Source: Diplonema japonicum
Taxonomy: Eukaryota > Protista > Euglenozoa: Diplonemea
DNA length: 64,000 nt
Assembly (NCBI GenBank): GCA_964019335.1
Contig: OZ025664.1
Span: 697,524-761,523, forward strand
Direction of reading: 5' to 3'
The notes under the pieces were generated by a model, which saw only the letters and a list, made by a program, of their open reading frames with translations, ran no database searches and was not told the DNA's origin. The position numbers and the translations under genes are program-made. This document shows positions 23,289 through 34,073 of the stretch, piece by piece (within the stretch, counting starts at the first letter, position 1; each line of letters begins with the position of its first letter).

Positions 23289-25111
23289 TCATTTCTTAGT
23301 CTTCTGCAGTTTAGATGTGCTGCTGCTGCTGGGTGGGCGACCTCGTTTCTGTTTCATATTAGGCCTTCTACCGCGTTTTGGGGGGGTTTTAAGAAGCTCA
23401 TTCGCAGGTGTGCTTGGTGCTTCGGGCTTGTCATGCTCTTCTACGGGGGAAGTGTCGAGTTTCTTTTGTAACTTGATAACAATTCTTTCCCGTTTTTCAA
23501 GTCCGGGAAGGCTATCAGGAACGTCTTCATCCTCATCACAAGATTCATAGGCTGGGGGCCTTTTCTCTGCCCTGTCTGCATCAAGTTCTTTGATGACGTA
23601 CTTTAGTTCCTTCCAGCTCGTGGATGCACATGTTGTAGCAAATACACCCTCCGGAGTACTCTTGAACCCATATGCGCCTGTAAAGTCCGGGAACTCAAGA
23701 ATCTTCTTTTTGTACGGGCCAAATACATCAGTAACTACAAATGCAGAGGTGTACCGTATCGTATTGGTGATGTTCGCTATTTGTTCGACAGTTTTAATTG
23801 TTGTGGAACGAGACACCCGAAGCCAAACACGAGAAAGCACTCCGAAGTGGCTGTCCCTGCCGTTTTTGCCGTGTTTCTCCCCCAGAAACCACAGGGAAAA
23901 CGTCTTATCAGCATAGACGTCACGAAGACCAAAAAGAACAAAATAGCAAAATTCCTTTGCACGAAAGTGACGCCCACTGTCAGTCCAGAGAATCCACTCC
24001 ATTTTTTCGGGGATCGCAAACCCACTAGCCAGGACAGTTTTCAGGCACTCGATAACGCATTTCACGTCAGTATTCAGACTTGAAAGCACACAATCAACAT
24101 GCAGCGCCCCACGAACACCATGCCCGTCAATCCAGTACACCCCGATTCCCAAAACACTAAACGATTGCGAATGGTAAAAATCGTAGCTTGTTGATACAGG
24201 ACCCATTGGTAGGGACCCCTTGGACTTGAAGTCGATGTCAAGAACTAATGCATCCGGTGGGGGAGAAGTCCTGTGCTCATTGTACAACCTTCTTTGGGCC
24301 ATACACCTTTCAACATGTTGCTCCCAAGGCTTCAAGTTTGCAACAAGTTCACGTACCTTTTTCTTTGGGTACTTCCATCGAATCGCATCAATGCAATTTA
24401 GGGTCTCTTGCATGTCCGAAACACTGAACTGCAGGTCCCATTTGACCCCACGTGATGTCATCGTTTGCAATAGCGAAAGACGCATCCGTTGTGCTTTTGT
24501 ACAGTACTCGCACATATCCGTGGGTTTGGCACAGTGCATAAATTCCTTCCCTCTCCTCCTTCGGAATGTTGAATAGGAAATCTTATTCATAAGGGCGGAT
24601 GACCGGAAAACATCTTGATATGACACCTCGAGCGACCTTACGGTAGTCATCCTGTGGCGTTTGCGTGTGAGACGCCGGAGGACCCGCGATGTTGGCTGGC
24701 TGACTGATCAGAATTGATCTCTGTGTCATCCTCCAAGGACGTCGCACTGGGCCGGCCTGGCTTGCACACTGTACCCATGCTACTGTAGAACAAGTCTTTT
24801 CCAACAGTAAGGCCAGCTGCCCTTATTTCGTCGTGTGTGATGTGGTCAAGCCGCATGCCTCTGACCAATTGGCGCCGTGTGGCGTCTTGTTGTCTATTAA
24901 ACCAACCAGAAAATGATGGCAGAAGTGCCGCTAAAAGTTCCCCTTTACACACTACGTCACAAACTAGTGCAGCACAGTCGTTGCCACTGAGCTTCTCAAG
25001 AACCTCTTTGGCGAGTGTCCTGATCGCCGATGTGTTCCCATTTACCCTTTCTCGGTCCGAATACCTTTTTTTTACCCCTAGTTTCTCAACTTCAAGTTTA
25101 AAAGCGTCCAT
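23289..25111 (-). CDS. DDD transposase (Sola-like), split into 154-aa and 453-aa ORFs at about 24650-24715
   Basis: KPTDMCEYC; candidate triad LDIDF / WTDSGRHFR / FLGEKHGKNGRDSHFG; only long minus-strand coding region in the window. Confidence 0.7.
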
Positions 25112-25235
25112 TTTTGGAACCCCCCTCTTTTTCTGAAGTTGTTTAAAGTGGGAAAACCTTTTTTTGGAACCCCTCTCTTTTACTGAATTTATGCAAAGTG
25201 AAAAAACCCATTTTTGCCCCTAGGACTGAATTTTT
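25111..25235. repeat. Subterminal ~50-bp tandem repeats (2 full plus 1 partial) between the transposase start and the right TIR
   Basis: tttttggaacccc..tctttt..ctgaa..t.t..aaagtg..aaaacc at 25111 and 25161, partial third copy at about 25210. Confidence 0.7.
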
Positions 25236-27823
25236 TGGCTACTAGTAACACTCACTTTCCAATTTTATGGGGTGTTTTTTTTCCTAACCTGGGCCGGGAA
25301 AGTTGTAGAATTTTTTTTTTTTGGGAAAAAGTACTTAGAGAAATATTGAAAGTGTCAATTGGCCTCATTTTGGGGGGGGTTTTTTGAAACGATGCCATAT
25401 ATATATTTTTTTTTTTTTTTTTTGCATCAAGGAGAACAGAAAGAAAGAAAACGAAAAGAAAAAATGGGGAGAAAGAAAAAAAGAAAAAAGAAAAAAAAAT
25501 TGAAACACAGACAAAGAGATGAAGAGAATAAGCAAACTTCATTTTTACACATACATGTCAACATCCAAACCCCTCTTTTTTTTATATTTAGCTCTGGAAG
25601 CAGTTGCATCAGCATAGCTCCGGACTTGCCTGGGAGGGGGCTTCAGCATAGCTCCGGACTTGCCTTGGTGGGGCTATAATAGACAATAGATACGGAAAAC
25701 TTATTCTCGGGAGGGGCGTGGTTGTTTTTATTTTATTATAACTTTCTCCCTGGGAAGCCTGAAAACGAAAAACGGGCAAAGAAAAGGGGAAGAAAGAAAA
25801 AGGGAAAAAGAAAAAGCGCTTACACCCCCTGCTCTCTCCCACCCGCTAGCCTACTTCGTGAAAGCCGAGAATTACACAGGTTTTTTTCTCTTCTTGAATG
25901 AAATCCACTCCTTGTTTCTTTACACTCCTTGTTTGCTTTGCACCGGCTCATTAGAGCGTTGCGCATCTGAAAAGAATATTTTAAGAAAAAACTTCAGGCC
26001 TCAGGCCTATCCTGCGATACTGCCATATTCCTTTTTTCCCCCTCTGCTTTCCAATTTACACTACAAAGGGGATTTCACTCTGTTATGAAAAACTTGCCCC
26101 CTTTTTTTTTTTTTTTTTTTTTAGATTTGAAAAAAGAGAAAAGAAAAAGAAAAAGGAACGGATGCTTCCACAGCATTGAAATGCAAAGGGGGAAAAAAAA
26201 GAGGGGAGAAGAGGGAGAAAGAAAACTACTACTGGATCAATATTAGTTGATCCCCCTATCCACCTATCCAGTATAGTGGTGCACCTTGAAGTGACTGCGG
26301 TATATACCCCCCTTAGTGATTCCCCCCTCCCCACCCCCCTCAATTTATTTTTGCCCCCTTTTATTTATTTATTTCCCTTTCTGTTGCATTCACTCCAACT
26401 TTTGCTCCTTTCTGCTTTCACTAATATCGATGCGATAGAGTTGGCACCTAAATGGTGAAGGCAAGAAATGGAGGATTTTTTTTGGGGGGGTGTGGGGGAG
26501 AAGGGAAAACCAAAAAAAAGAAAGGAGAAAAAAAAAGCTTGAGTCCCTCCCTCTTTTGACGTGTCGAAAAAAAAAGAAAATATTTTTTTTTTCTTTCGCT
26601 ACTTCCTATTAGTGAGAGTTCTACCCCCCCCCCCCCCCCCCCCTCCCATCGCCATTTCCAAGCTGGATGAACTATAGTGGTCTCCAGCACCTTATTTCTT
26701 TTTTTTCCTTTTTTTTTTTGTACTTTTTTACTTTTTTGTTTTTTCCTTCCTTCTTTGTTCAGTTTGTGGTTAGGTTGTTCCCCTTCCCCCTTCAAATTTA
26801 CACGAAAGGGCCCAAAACTGCAAAGTGATGCCTGTCCTTCAGAGAGAAACAAGAAAGAATACCTCACTTATGTCACTACCGTCTGTCTTCCTCATCTTTC
26901 AACCCTCACGTCACATCTCTAAAAGTGTCTGAAGCAAAGGTTATAGGTTGGGGCAGTTAGCCGCAACACATGTTCTTAAGTGACCCCATGAGTTGGGGAA
27001 GGGTACTTTTCACGTTTTCACGAGATATGAAGGGTTTTTTTTTTTTTTTTTCTTTTTTTTTTCTATACCTATCTTTATGACTTCGGCCATTCGTTTTCTT
27101 TTTTTTTTCTTTTTTTTTTTCTGATTACTTTGCCTCCCTTCCCCACAGGTCTCACTTGGCCCATAAAAGTGGATTTTTCAACGAGAATAACAAGTTAAAA
27201 AGCTTTCTCATTTTTTTTTTGGACAGAACGAGGTGGCCGCGCTAGTGGGTGAGCGCAAGAACGCTGGCCCTTTTAAAAAATGTCCGATAGCTTTTTGTTT
27301 TTTTTGTTTTTTTTTTTGTTCATTGTCGCCCGCTCTGGTCAAATCAGGAATGAGTCTTGTACCCCTTTTCTCTTTTTTGTTTAATGTCTTTTTTAGCACG
27401 TGTCTTCTTCTTTGTTCTTTATTAAATGTTGAGCATCATCATGAGGGTGCGCCACTGCGGTGGGTCGTTGCTGCTTCTCCCCTATCATAGTTTTTTTTGT
27501 TTTTGAAATGCCCGCAGGAGCGAAGGCACTGTCCCAAAGAAGGTTGCTGCAAGAAATGACCTGAAAAGATCAGCGTAGCAACCGCGCCCCTAGCTCTTTG
27601 TGTTATGGATTGGTAACAGACGGAGCTGCTTTCCAGCAGCAACCAGCACAATACTCTACATGTCAAAAAATGGCACAAATACACCCAGCATCTAGCCTTG
27701 GATTAGATTATCACTACTTCCCGCAAGGGGATAACATTCCTCCCTTCCTTCCTCTCAGGTTCACATACTCTTATTGCCTTCCTTTCTATTCTTGCTGTTC
27801 TACCTTCCCACAGCACTACAGAG

Positions 27824-30277
27824 ATGAAGCGACGTCGCAGCGAAGACAGCAGCGAAGAAAGTGGAGGAATCGTGAAGCAGCCCCGTGTGGACGGACCCAT
27901 ATGGGTATCAGAGCCAACGCCCGGTACCAACCAAAACGGCACGAAGCTAGCGATGCTGCTGGTGGAAGCCTTTGGGGCAGGGGGTGCTGAAGCTATAAAG
28001 TTCTGTGCGCAGTGTGCCGACCCCATTGACAGGTGCACACGGTTCCACATGTATACCATCACAAAGACTTCGCTGCTGCGGTACGAGCCGGGCATCGAAC
28101 ACGCTATCCAGCAGCTGGTGCAATTCACGAACAACCAACTGAGCGAATTCATCAAGAAGGCCCTCCTGAAAGAATTGGTGCAGCCATGTGGTATCTCAGT
28201 GGTGATGGGCAACCGGTGCTACGCCGAGAGCGGGTCTCTCCAGGAATTGCGTATCTTGTGCGAGGCACCAGACCTTCAAACTAAGATCCTCTCTGCTATT
28301 GAGTGGTGGCCAAAGGACACACGCACTTCTGCAACACCCTACTGGATGGACCTAGAGCGGTGGGAGGTGTCCAAGCAGCAGAAGGTACAGGTAGCACAGC
28401 ACACTACGACGCCTGAAAAAAAAAAGAACAGCGAGGAGCTAGAAGAGAAGGAAGCGATGGAGGAGAAGGGATTGCAGGAGAATATTCTCGCCCTTAGTGA
28501 CGACGGGTCCGCCTTCTCATGGGAGGGGGACAGCGACATAGTTTCCGAGACTATGGGAGTGGCTGCAGATGCTCTAGTGACGATCTCAGAGGTTGAGGCC
28601 TTGGCGTTGGCCTGCTGTGTGGTGGCGATACGAGCAGGGGGGGGCATCTTCAGGTTCTACCTGAAGAACGACGCGGTGAACGACGTGCGGAACGCGGCAA
28701 GAGCGAGAGACCTGCGCTGCTGGATGGAGTGGGACTTGTCAGAACTTGATGACCCCGAAGAGGCATATCAAGGTCCCAGTCCCAGGTTCACACCCCGAAC
28801 CCCTAGATGGACACTAACGGCAGTGAGGCTGCACCAAGAAGCGGCCTTGAATTCAGCTTTCCCGACGTTTACCTCCGGCCCCAAACTGAAGAGTGGTGTT
28901 GTAGCCCTTCCTTGTGGTGCAGGGAAGACCATGGTCGGCGTGCTGGTGGCAGCTGCTATTAGGGCACCGAGTCTTGTTCTGTGCACTAGTGGTATCGCTG
29001 TAGAGCAATGGGTGGCTCAGTTTGGAAGGTGGGCGTCTCTCCACTCGGTGGATGGGAGGGTCGCAAGGTTTACTGGAAAGGTGAAAGACAAAGTTGACGA
29101 AAAGACTCAAATCGTTGTGACTACGTACAACATGCTCCTCCCTAGGAAGAGGGCAGGCACGGCGTCATCGATGGCTGTGAAAAGCCTTACTACTAAACAC
29201 TGGGGTGCTGTTGTTCTGGATGAAGTGCACGTCCTCCCCGCTGAGTCGTGTTCTAACTGTGTGAGGTCATTGCGTGCCAGGGCGTTCATCGGCTTAACTG
29301 CGACGCTCGTTCGAGAGGACAATAAGATCGATACTTTAGACCACTTGATTGGCCCAAGACTGCACGAAGCCGAGTGGGGTGACTTGGTGAAGATGGGGGT
29401 GCTAGCAAAGGTGAAGTGTATCGAGGTCAGATGCATGCTAACAAGTGAGTTTGCAGCAGAGTACGTGCGGGCTAAGAAAGCAGGGCTCAGGGAGTTTTTA
29501 GGGTGTCTGAATCCCAGGAAGTTGCAAGCAACACAGCGCATCATTGAGCACCACGAAGCACGTGGGGACAAAACGCTTGTGTTCAGTGACAGCCTGTTTG
29601 TCTTACGACAATTGCAGCAGTTGCTCCGCAGGCCGGCAGTGAGTGGGTCGACACCGTTGAAGGAAAGGCTACAACTGCTATCCGACTTTCAGTCGGGTAG
29701 GAGAATCAACACCATCATCATCAGCCGCATAGGGGACTGTGCCATCGACCTGCCTGCTGCGTCGGTTATCATCCAGGTTTCTTCGCACTTCGGCAGCAGA
29801 CGTCAGGAGGCGCAGCGTCTTGGGCGCATCCTGAGGCCCAAGGGGTCGCTCATATACCCTGTCTCATTCGTGAAGCAAGACGCATACGCGGAGGTCCCCA
29901 ACGCGTTGTTTTACTCGATTGTCAGCCAGGACACCTCTGAAGTGCTGTATTCGCACAGAAGGCAAGCATTCCTCGAAGAACAAGGGTATGCCTATCAGCA
30001 GGTGTTTTACACGGATGACGACCCGAAGCTGTTGGAAAACAAGATTGACCGTGTTGACTTGTTAGCGAAAGCACTCAGCTCATGGCAGCTCACGAAAGGA
30101 AGGGATGAGGTTCAAGAGAAGCGCAGCGTTTTAACTGAGCTGCAGGAAGAGTGTGATATCGAAAGGTCACCTTCACCGGAAAGAGTTCTCGAACGTAAGG
30201 CGGTGCCACTTTCTTCCCTCTCGATGTTGGGTGGTGCTAACTCACTCGTCTACGGTGAGTGGGAGTTCGGCAAGTAA
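27824..30277 (+). CDS. XPB: XPB/Ssl2/ERCC3-family DNA translocase (divergent, possibly the XPB-R-type paralogue)
   Basis: SGVVALPCGAGKT, LDEVH, GLTATLVRED, SSHFGSRRQEAQRLGRILRPK. Confidence 0.9.
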   Translation: MKRRRSEDSSEESGGIVKQPRVDGPIWVSEPTPGTNQNGTKLAMLLVEAFGAGGAEAIKFCAQCADPIDRCTRFHMYTITKTSLLRYEPGIEHAIQQLVQFTNNQLSEFIKKALLKELVQPCGISVVMGNRCYAESGSLQELRILCEAPDLQTKILSAIEWWPKDTRTSATPYWMDLERWEVSKQQKVQVAQHTTTPEKKKNSEELEEKEAMEEKGLQENILALSDDGSAFSWEGDSDIVSETMGVAADALVTISEVEALALACCVVAIRAGGGIFRFYLKNDAVNDVRNAARARDLRCWMEWDLSELDDPEEAYQGPSPRFTPRTPRWTLTAVRLHQEAALNSAFPTFTSGPKLKSGVVALPCGAGKTMVGVLVAAAIRAPSLVLCTSGIAVEQWVAQFGRWASLHSVDGRVARFTGKVKDKVDEKTQIVVTTYNMLLPRKRAGTASSMAVKSLTTKHWGAVVLDEVHVLPAESCSNCVRSLRARAFIGLTATLVREDNKIDTLDHLIGPRLHEAEWGDLVKMGVLAKVKCIEVRCMLTSEFAAEYVRAKKAGLREFLGCLNPRKLQATQRIIEHHEARGDKTLVFSDSLFVLRQLQQLLRRPAVSGSTPLKERLQLLSDFQSGRRINTIIISRIGDCAIDLPAASVIIQVSSHFGSRRQEAQRLGRILRPKGSLIYPVSFVKQDAYAEVPNALFYSIVSQDTSEVLYSHRRQAFLEEQGYAYQQVFYTDDDPKLLENKIDRVDLLAKALSSWQLTKGRDEVQEKRSVLTELQEECDIERSPSPERVLERKAVPLSSLSMLGGANSLVYGEWEFGK

Positions 30278-30360
30278 GCATTTTCTCCTATCTGAACCAT
30301 GTGCTATGTTGCCTATTGTATTTGTTTTTCGCCTTCTATTTGAATCACCACACAGAGAAT

Positions 30361-30888
30361 ATGTCTTTGCAACAGTCCGTAGCACTCTTTCAGGAGCTGC
30401 AGGGGAGGAGGGCGGCGGCATACACCAAGCTGCACGAGGCACTGAAGCCACAGTATACTGCTACTAGTGGTGCTGATCTGCAGCATGTTCAAAAGAACGT
30501 CCAAGAGGTCGGAAACGAGGTGCAGAACGTGTTTGTTGTTGCATCGAAGGCAGTGAAGGAGCTGGCGGCGAGGTTGGAGGAAGGTACGCATGAGGAGGTG
30601 ATACTCAGCAAGCACATCCTAAAGGTGCAGGCCTTGGAAAAGAAGAAGTTGGAGAAAACGCATGCCATGTACAAGGCAAGGTCCATGCTTCGTGGGATGA
30701 GGGACTACTCTGAGCGAGACAAGGACGAGTGGGAAGCAGAGGAAGAGTACTTCGGCTGTGACTACAATGGCAAGGCATCCCTCGAGGGGCAGCAGGAGGC
30801 CATACGGACAGCTACACTGAGCGAGCTGGAAGTCATTGTGGAGGAGATCAACGACTTGATTGACATGATCACCGACATGGCGGAATAG
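30361..30888 (+). CDS. REX1-B domain protein (C19orf60/REX1BD-like)
   Basis: FQELQGRRAAAY...F...SK.V...L...ILKVQALEKKKLEKT...LEVIVEEINDLI fits the REX1-B pattern as recalled. Confidence 0.6.
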   Translation: MSLQQSVALFQELQGRRAAAYTKLHEALKPQYTATSGADLQHVQKNVQEVGNEVQNVFVVASKAVKELAARLEEGTHEEVILSKHILKVQALEKKKLEKTHAMYKARSMLRGMRDYSERDKDEWEAEEEYFGCDYNGKASLEGQQEAIRTATLSELEVIVEEINDLIDMITDMAE

Positions 30889-30974
30889 AGGGTTAAAAGG
30901 GGGCAATCTAGCTGCATTTCTTATCCAACTCACCACATGCGGCACCATAAAGCACAACAACACAGGTTGGATGA

Positions 30975-33900
30975 ATGGACGATGTTGATGACTTACAAGC
31001 ACAACTTGCCAGTTACGTGCTTGCGAAGCCTGACAATAAGAAGCAGGTTACGAACCTGAAGCACAGACTACAGGTAAGTAAGTGGAATGAGGAGTTGATC
31101 GATAGCCTCGAGCGATACGATTGCGAGTACAACAGACTTGAGCCGCGCACTGTCACTCCTGATATAGTGCCAACAAGGCCTGGCACAGCAGCTCCCAGGA
31201 AATGGAGGCCAAGTGCGAGGGACATAGTGCCCTTGACAAGCGAGTGCTGTGGGGTAGATGAGTATGAGGAGTCGCTTTTGAAGCAGATTGATGAGATGCG
31301 CGAGGAGATATGCACTGTGCAGCAGGAAACGCAAAAGCAAGAAGAGCACTACGCGTCGCTATTCCAAAGGGCAAGTACGCGCAAGAAGAAAGCGGGCAGC
31401 AGTGCACTTCACGTGTCGATTGCCATGCTCCGCAAAAAGGTGAGCTCCGTGGCACCAGTCAGGAGTTTGATCAAGAGCAAGCGTGTTGCATTGGAGAAGC
31501 AATTGATGGAGTTGCACGACGTAGGCAGCACGCTGCGGCGGGACATGCTCAAAGCGCCCACCTGTCCTGCTGCATTCGTTGTGTCCAGCCACTTTCCCCA
31601 AGAAGTGTGTGATGTGATACAGAATGAGGTTTACAACCGCCATGGGTATGTCGCTCCGTTCACGGAATTTATGGCTGTTTTCGAGTCCATCTGCGATGTC
31701 CTGGAATGGGTGAAGGTGTCGCAGGGGATCCTTGCGAGATATGGGTGGGGTGGGGAGGTCATCAATGGCAGCGAGGCTATCCCGCAGCTATCATGCGGTA
31801 TATCCTTCGGGGATGCCGAGATGGTCGAAACAAGAGAGGGTGTAACGTACAAAGGCCCTGTCGTGCAACGAGCCGCCTTGCTGCGCGGGAAAGCAATGGG
31901 CGGGGAAGCTTACCTGTGTAATAGCGCCGCTGCAGAACTAGAGGCCATCCGTGCATCTATCAATAACCCACTGCCTATGCTTCAGGGCATGCAGATGCTG
32001 AAGGCAGAAGACGGTATCGTCCTTGTCGCACAAGGGGCGGCCATCAAGCGCAACGGGGCACGTGGTGCTGTTGCAAAGCAGCGGGGGCCGAGGGAAATAG
32101 AAGTAAGATTAGCAAGCTTGGAGCAAGCAAGAATGGTTCTGGAAGATCAACAGATCAAGCGTACGGCGCCTTCGGGGGTTGTTACCGTTGTCTTCACCGA
32201 CGTCCAGTCTTCCACTAGTCTCTGGGACACGTGCCCAAACGCCATGCGAATAGCACTACAGAAGCACAACAGGCTGTTCCTCAACCTGCTTGAAATATAT
32301 GGCGGCTATGCTGTGAAGACAGAGGGTGACGCCTTTATGATAGCCTTCAGTGACGCCGCTAACGCCATGCATTGGTGCATGCAGACACAGCTCCATCTTT
32401 TGAAAGAGAACTGGCCGCCTGAGATCATCGAGAGCCCTGAAGGAGAGAACATGTACGTCGATGGTGTGCTTGTGTTCCACGGTTTGAGAGTGCGGATGGG
32501 CTTCACAACAGGTGAGCCAGAGTGCACGACAGATGTCCTCACAGGCAGGATGGATTATTTCGGACCCATGGTCAACTTAGCGGCACGGATCGCAGGGCAG
32601 GGCAAAGGCGGTGAGACGATTATTGGGAGCTCAGCAATGGCAGCTCTAAAAAGGTGTAAGGCTCTCCCCTCTCCTGACGTAGCTGTGACGGGAAAAGGGA
32701 CTAAATCCCTAAAAGGCATCTCAAAGAGCGAGACCATGTTCCAGCTGGTACCAGTTGGTCTTACAGGCCGCAAGGATTCGCAGCAAGATGCTCCCAAGGC
32801 CGACAGACAGTGTGCCTGGGCTGACGCTGTCTTTAACGCCAGAAAGAAGAAAAGAGCACAGCAGGCTTTAAGCGCGGATACTTTGCGTCGATATTTGGAC
32901 ATGGAAAAGGTGTATCCCAAGCTGATAAGGAAGTACAGGTCGATACGGCGGACCATAGAAGCCAAGGAGGCAAAGCTGATGCGTTGCGAGGACACAATGA
33001 CTGCTGACATACCGCCCACAGGATCCGTCACCATTGTGTTCACTGATATACAGGACAGCACCTCCTTGTGGGAAGCTGACGCTGCCCGAATGAGCTTAGT
33101 GCTGCACATGCACAACAAGCTGCTCAGGAGCCTGATAAAAGAGCATGAAGGGTATGAGGTGAAGACGGAAGGCGATGCCTTCATGGTGGCCTTTCCGTCG
33201 CCATTGTACGCTCTTAATTGGTGCGTTGCAGCTCAGCTTGCTTTGCTGACCGAGCCATGGCCGGAGCCTTCCCCTGTTTATTATGAGAACGTGATGATTT
33301 TCAATGGACCACGCGTGCGCATGGGGTTGAACACAGGAGAGCCCAACTGTGACATTGACAGAATCACGTGTCGGATGGACTACCACGGAAGGATAGTCAA
33401 CAATGCCGCGCGAGTGTCGGGGACGGCACAGGGGGGTGACATCGCCATGGGGTTGGGCACTTACACGGAGTTGCTGAGGTTAGACGAAGAGTCGGGCAAC
33501 ATCTTTGGTTGCCTCAGCCTGAAGTCGAAGGGGAGTGTGCATCTGAAGGGGATCTCCACAGCGGAGATGATTCACTCTGTGCTTCCGTTGTCCTTAGCAG
33601 GGAGACGACTCTACTGGAAAAAGGAGGGGAATAAACAACAAGCGAAAGCCATAGTGGGCCGTATGGAGCAGGCGAAGTATGAAGAATACAGAGCGCCAAA
33701 TGAACTCCAGCTGCTCGGGCATCACGAGAAGGTTATGGAGAAGGTTTTCGCGGTGCACGAGATACTGAACAAGCCGTTCAGTCTGACACGGCAGGAGATA
33801 TCTGATGTTTACCCTGAGATGATGTCTGTAGTGAAGTACGTCACGATCCTCACACGCACGCTTACCGAGCACGATGAGTCGAAAGGCGACTGGGAAGAGA

Positions 33901-34013
33901 CCCTTGCTAATCTAATTTGCAAGCTCACGACAATCATTGGCAACGATCCTGAGGGAGTGCCCTTTCAAACGCTATCGCGCTCCATGCGCTCTCGGAAGTC
34001 GATGCGTCGTTAA
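30975..34013 (+). CDS. Soluble class III adenylate cyclase with one degenerate and two intact catalytic domains
   Basis: Twice VFTD(V/I)Q.STSLW, VKTEGDAFM, RVRMG, RMDY.G..VN.AAR; upstream degenerate copy FMAVF...LSCGISFG...YKGPVVQRAALL; no TM segment. Confidence 0.88.
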   Translation: MDDVDDLQAQLASYVLAKPDNKKQVTNLKHRLQVSKWNEELIDSLERYDCEYNRLEPRTVTPDIVPTRPGTAAPRKWRPSARDIVPLTSECCGVDEYEESLLKQIDEMREEICTVQQETQKQEEHYASLFQRASTRKKKAGSSALHVSIAMLRKKVSSVAPVRSLIKSKRVALEKQLMELHDVGSTLRRDMLKAPTCPAAFVVSSHFPQEVCDVIQNEVYNRHGYVAPFTEFMAVFESICDVLEWVKVSQGILARYGWGGEVINGSEAIPQLSCGISFGDAEMVETREGVTYKGPVVQRAALLRGKAMGGEAYLCNSAAAELEAIRASINNPLPMLQGMQMLKAEDGIVLVAQGAAIKRNGARGAVAKQRGPREIEVRLASLEQARMVLEDQQIKRTAPSGVVTVVFTDVQSSTSLWDTCPNAMRIALQKHNRLFLNLLEIYGGYAVKTEGDAFMIAFSDAANAMHWCMQTQLHLLKENWPPEIIESPEGENMYVDGVLVFHGLRVRMGFTTGEPECTTDVLTGRMDYFGPMVNLAARIAGQGKGGETIIGSSAMAALKRCKALPSPDVAVTGKGTKSLKGISKSETMFQLVPVGLTGRKDSQQDAPKADRQCAWADAVFNARKKKRAQQALSADTLRRYLDMEKVYPKLIRKYRSIRRTIEAKEAKLMRCEDTMTADIPPTGSVTIVFTDIQDSTSLWEADAARMSLVLHMHNKLLRSLIKEHEGYEVKTEGDAFMVAFPSPLYALNWCVAAQLALLTEPWPEPSPVYYENVMIFNGPRVRMGLNTGEPNCDIDRITCRMDYHGRIVNNAARVSGTAQGGDIAMGLGTYTELLRLDEESGNIFGCLSLKSKGSVHLKGISTAEMIHSVLPLSLAGRRLYWKKEGNKQQAKAIVGRMEQAKYEEYRAPNELQLLGHHEKVMEKVFAVHEILNKPFSLTRQEISDVYPEMMSVVKYVTILTRTLTEHDESKGDWEETLANLICKLTTIIGNDPEGVPFQTLSRSMRSRKSMRR

Positions 34014-34073
34014 CTTTATTATACTTTCCCATCTTATCACCACACCACTACTATCATAGGGTTATACATAAAC

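Larger units (their letters stand above)
22997..25396 (-). mobile_element. 2.4-kb DNA transposon with imperfect ~120-bp TIRs, Sola-like
   Basis: Exact 32-bp inverted match 23014-23045 / 25348-25379 plus a tttcccggccca block (23092-23103 / 25290-25301); GG...CC termini flanked by (TA)n; encloses a transposase-like ORF. Confidence 0.8.

Noticed and set aside
25400-27800. Phe/Lys-rich ORFs in homopolymer-rich intergenic DNA (also 1-890, 7050-7350, 8640-9500, 35500-36060, 36790-37140, 58599-59126)
   Set aside because: They are translations of poly-A/poly-T/poly-C runs. The runs may be inflated by sequencing or polishing error, so no biological claim is made.
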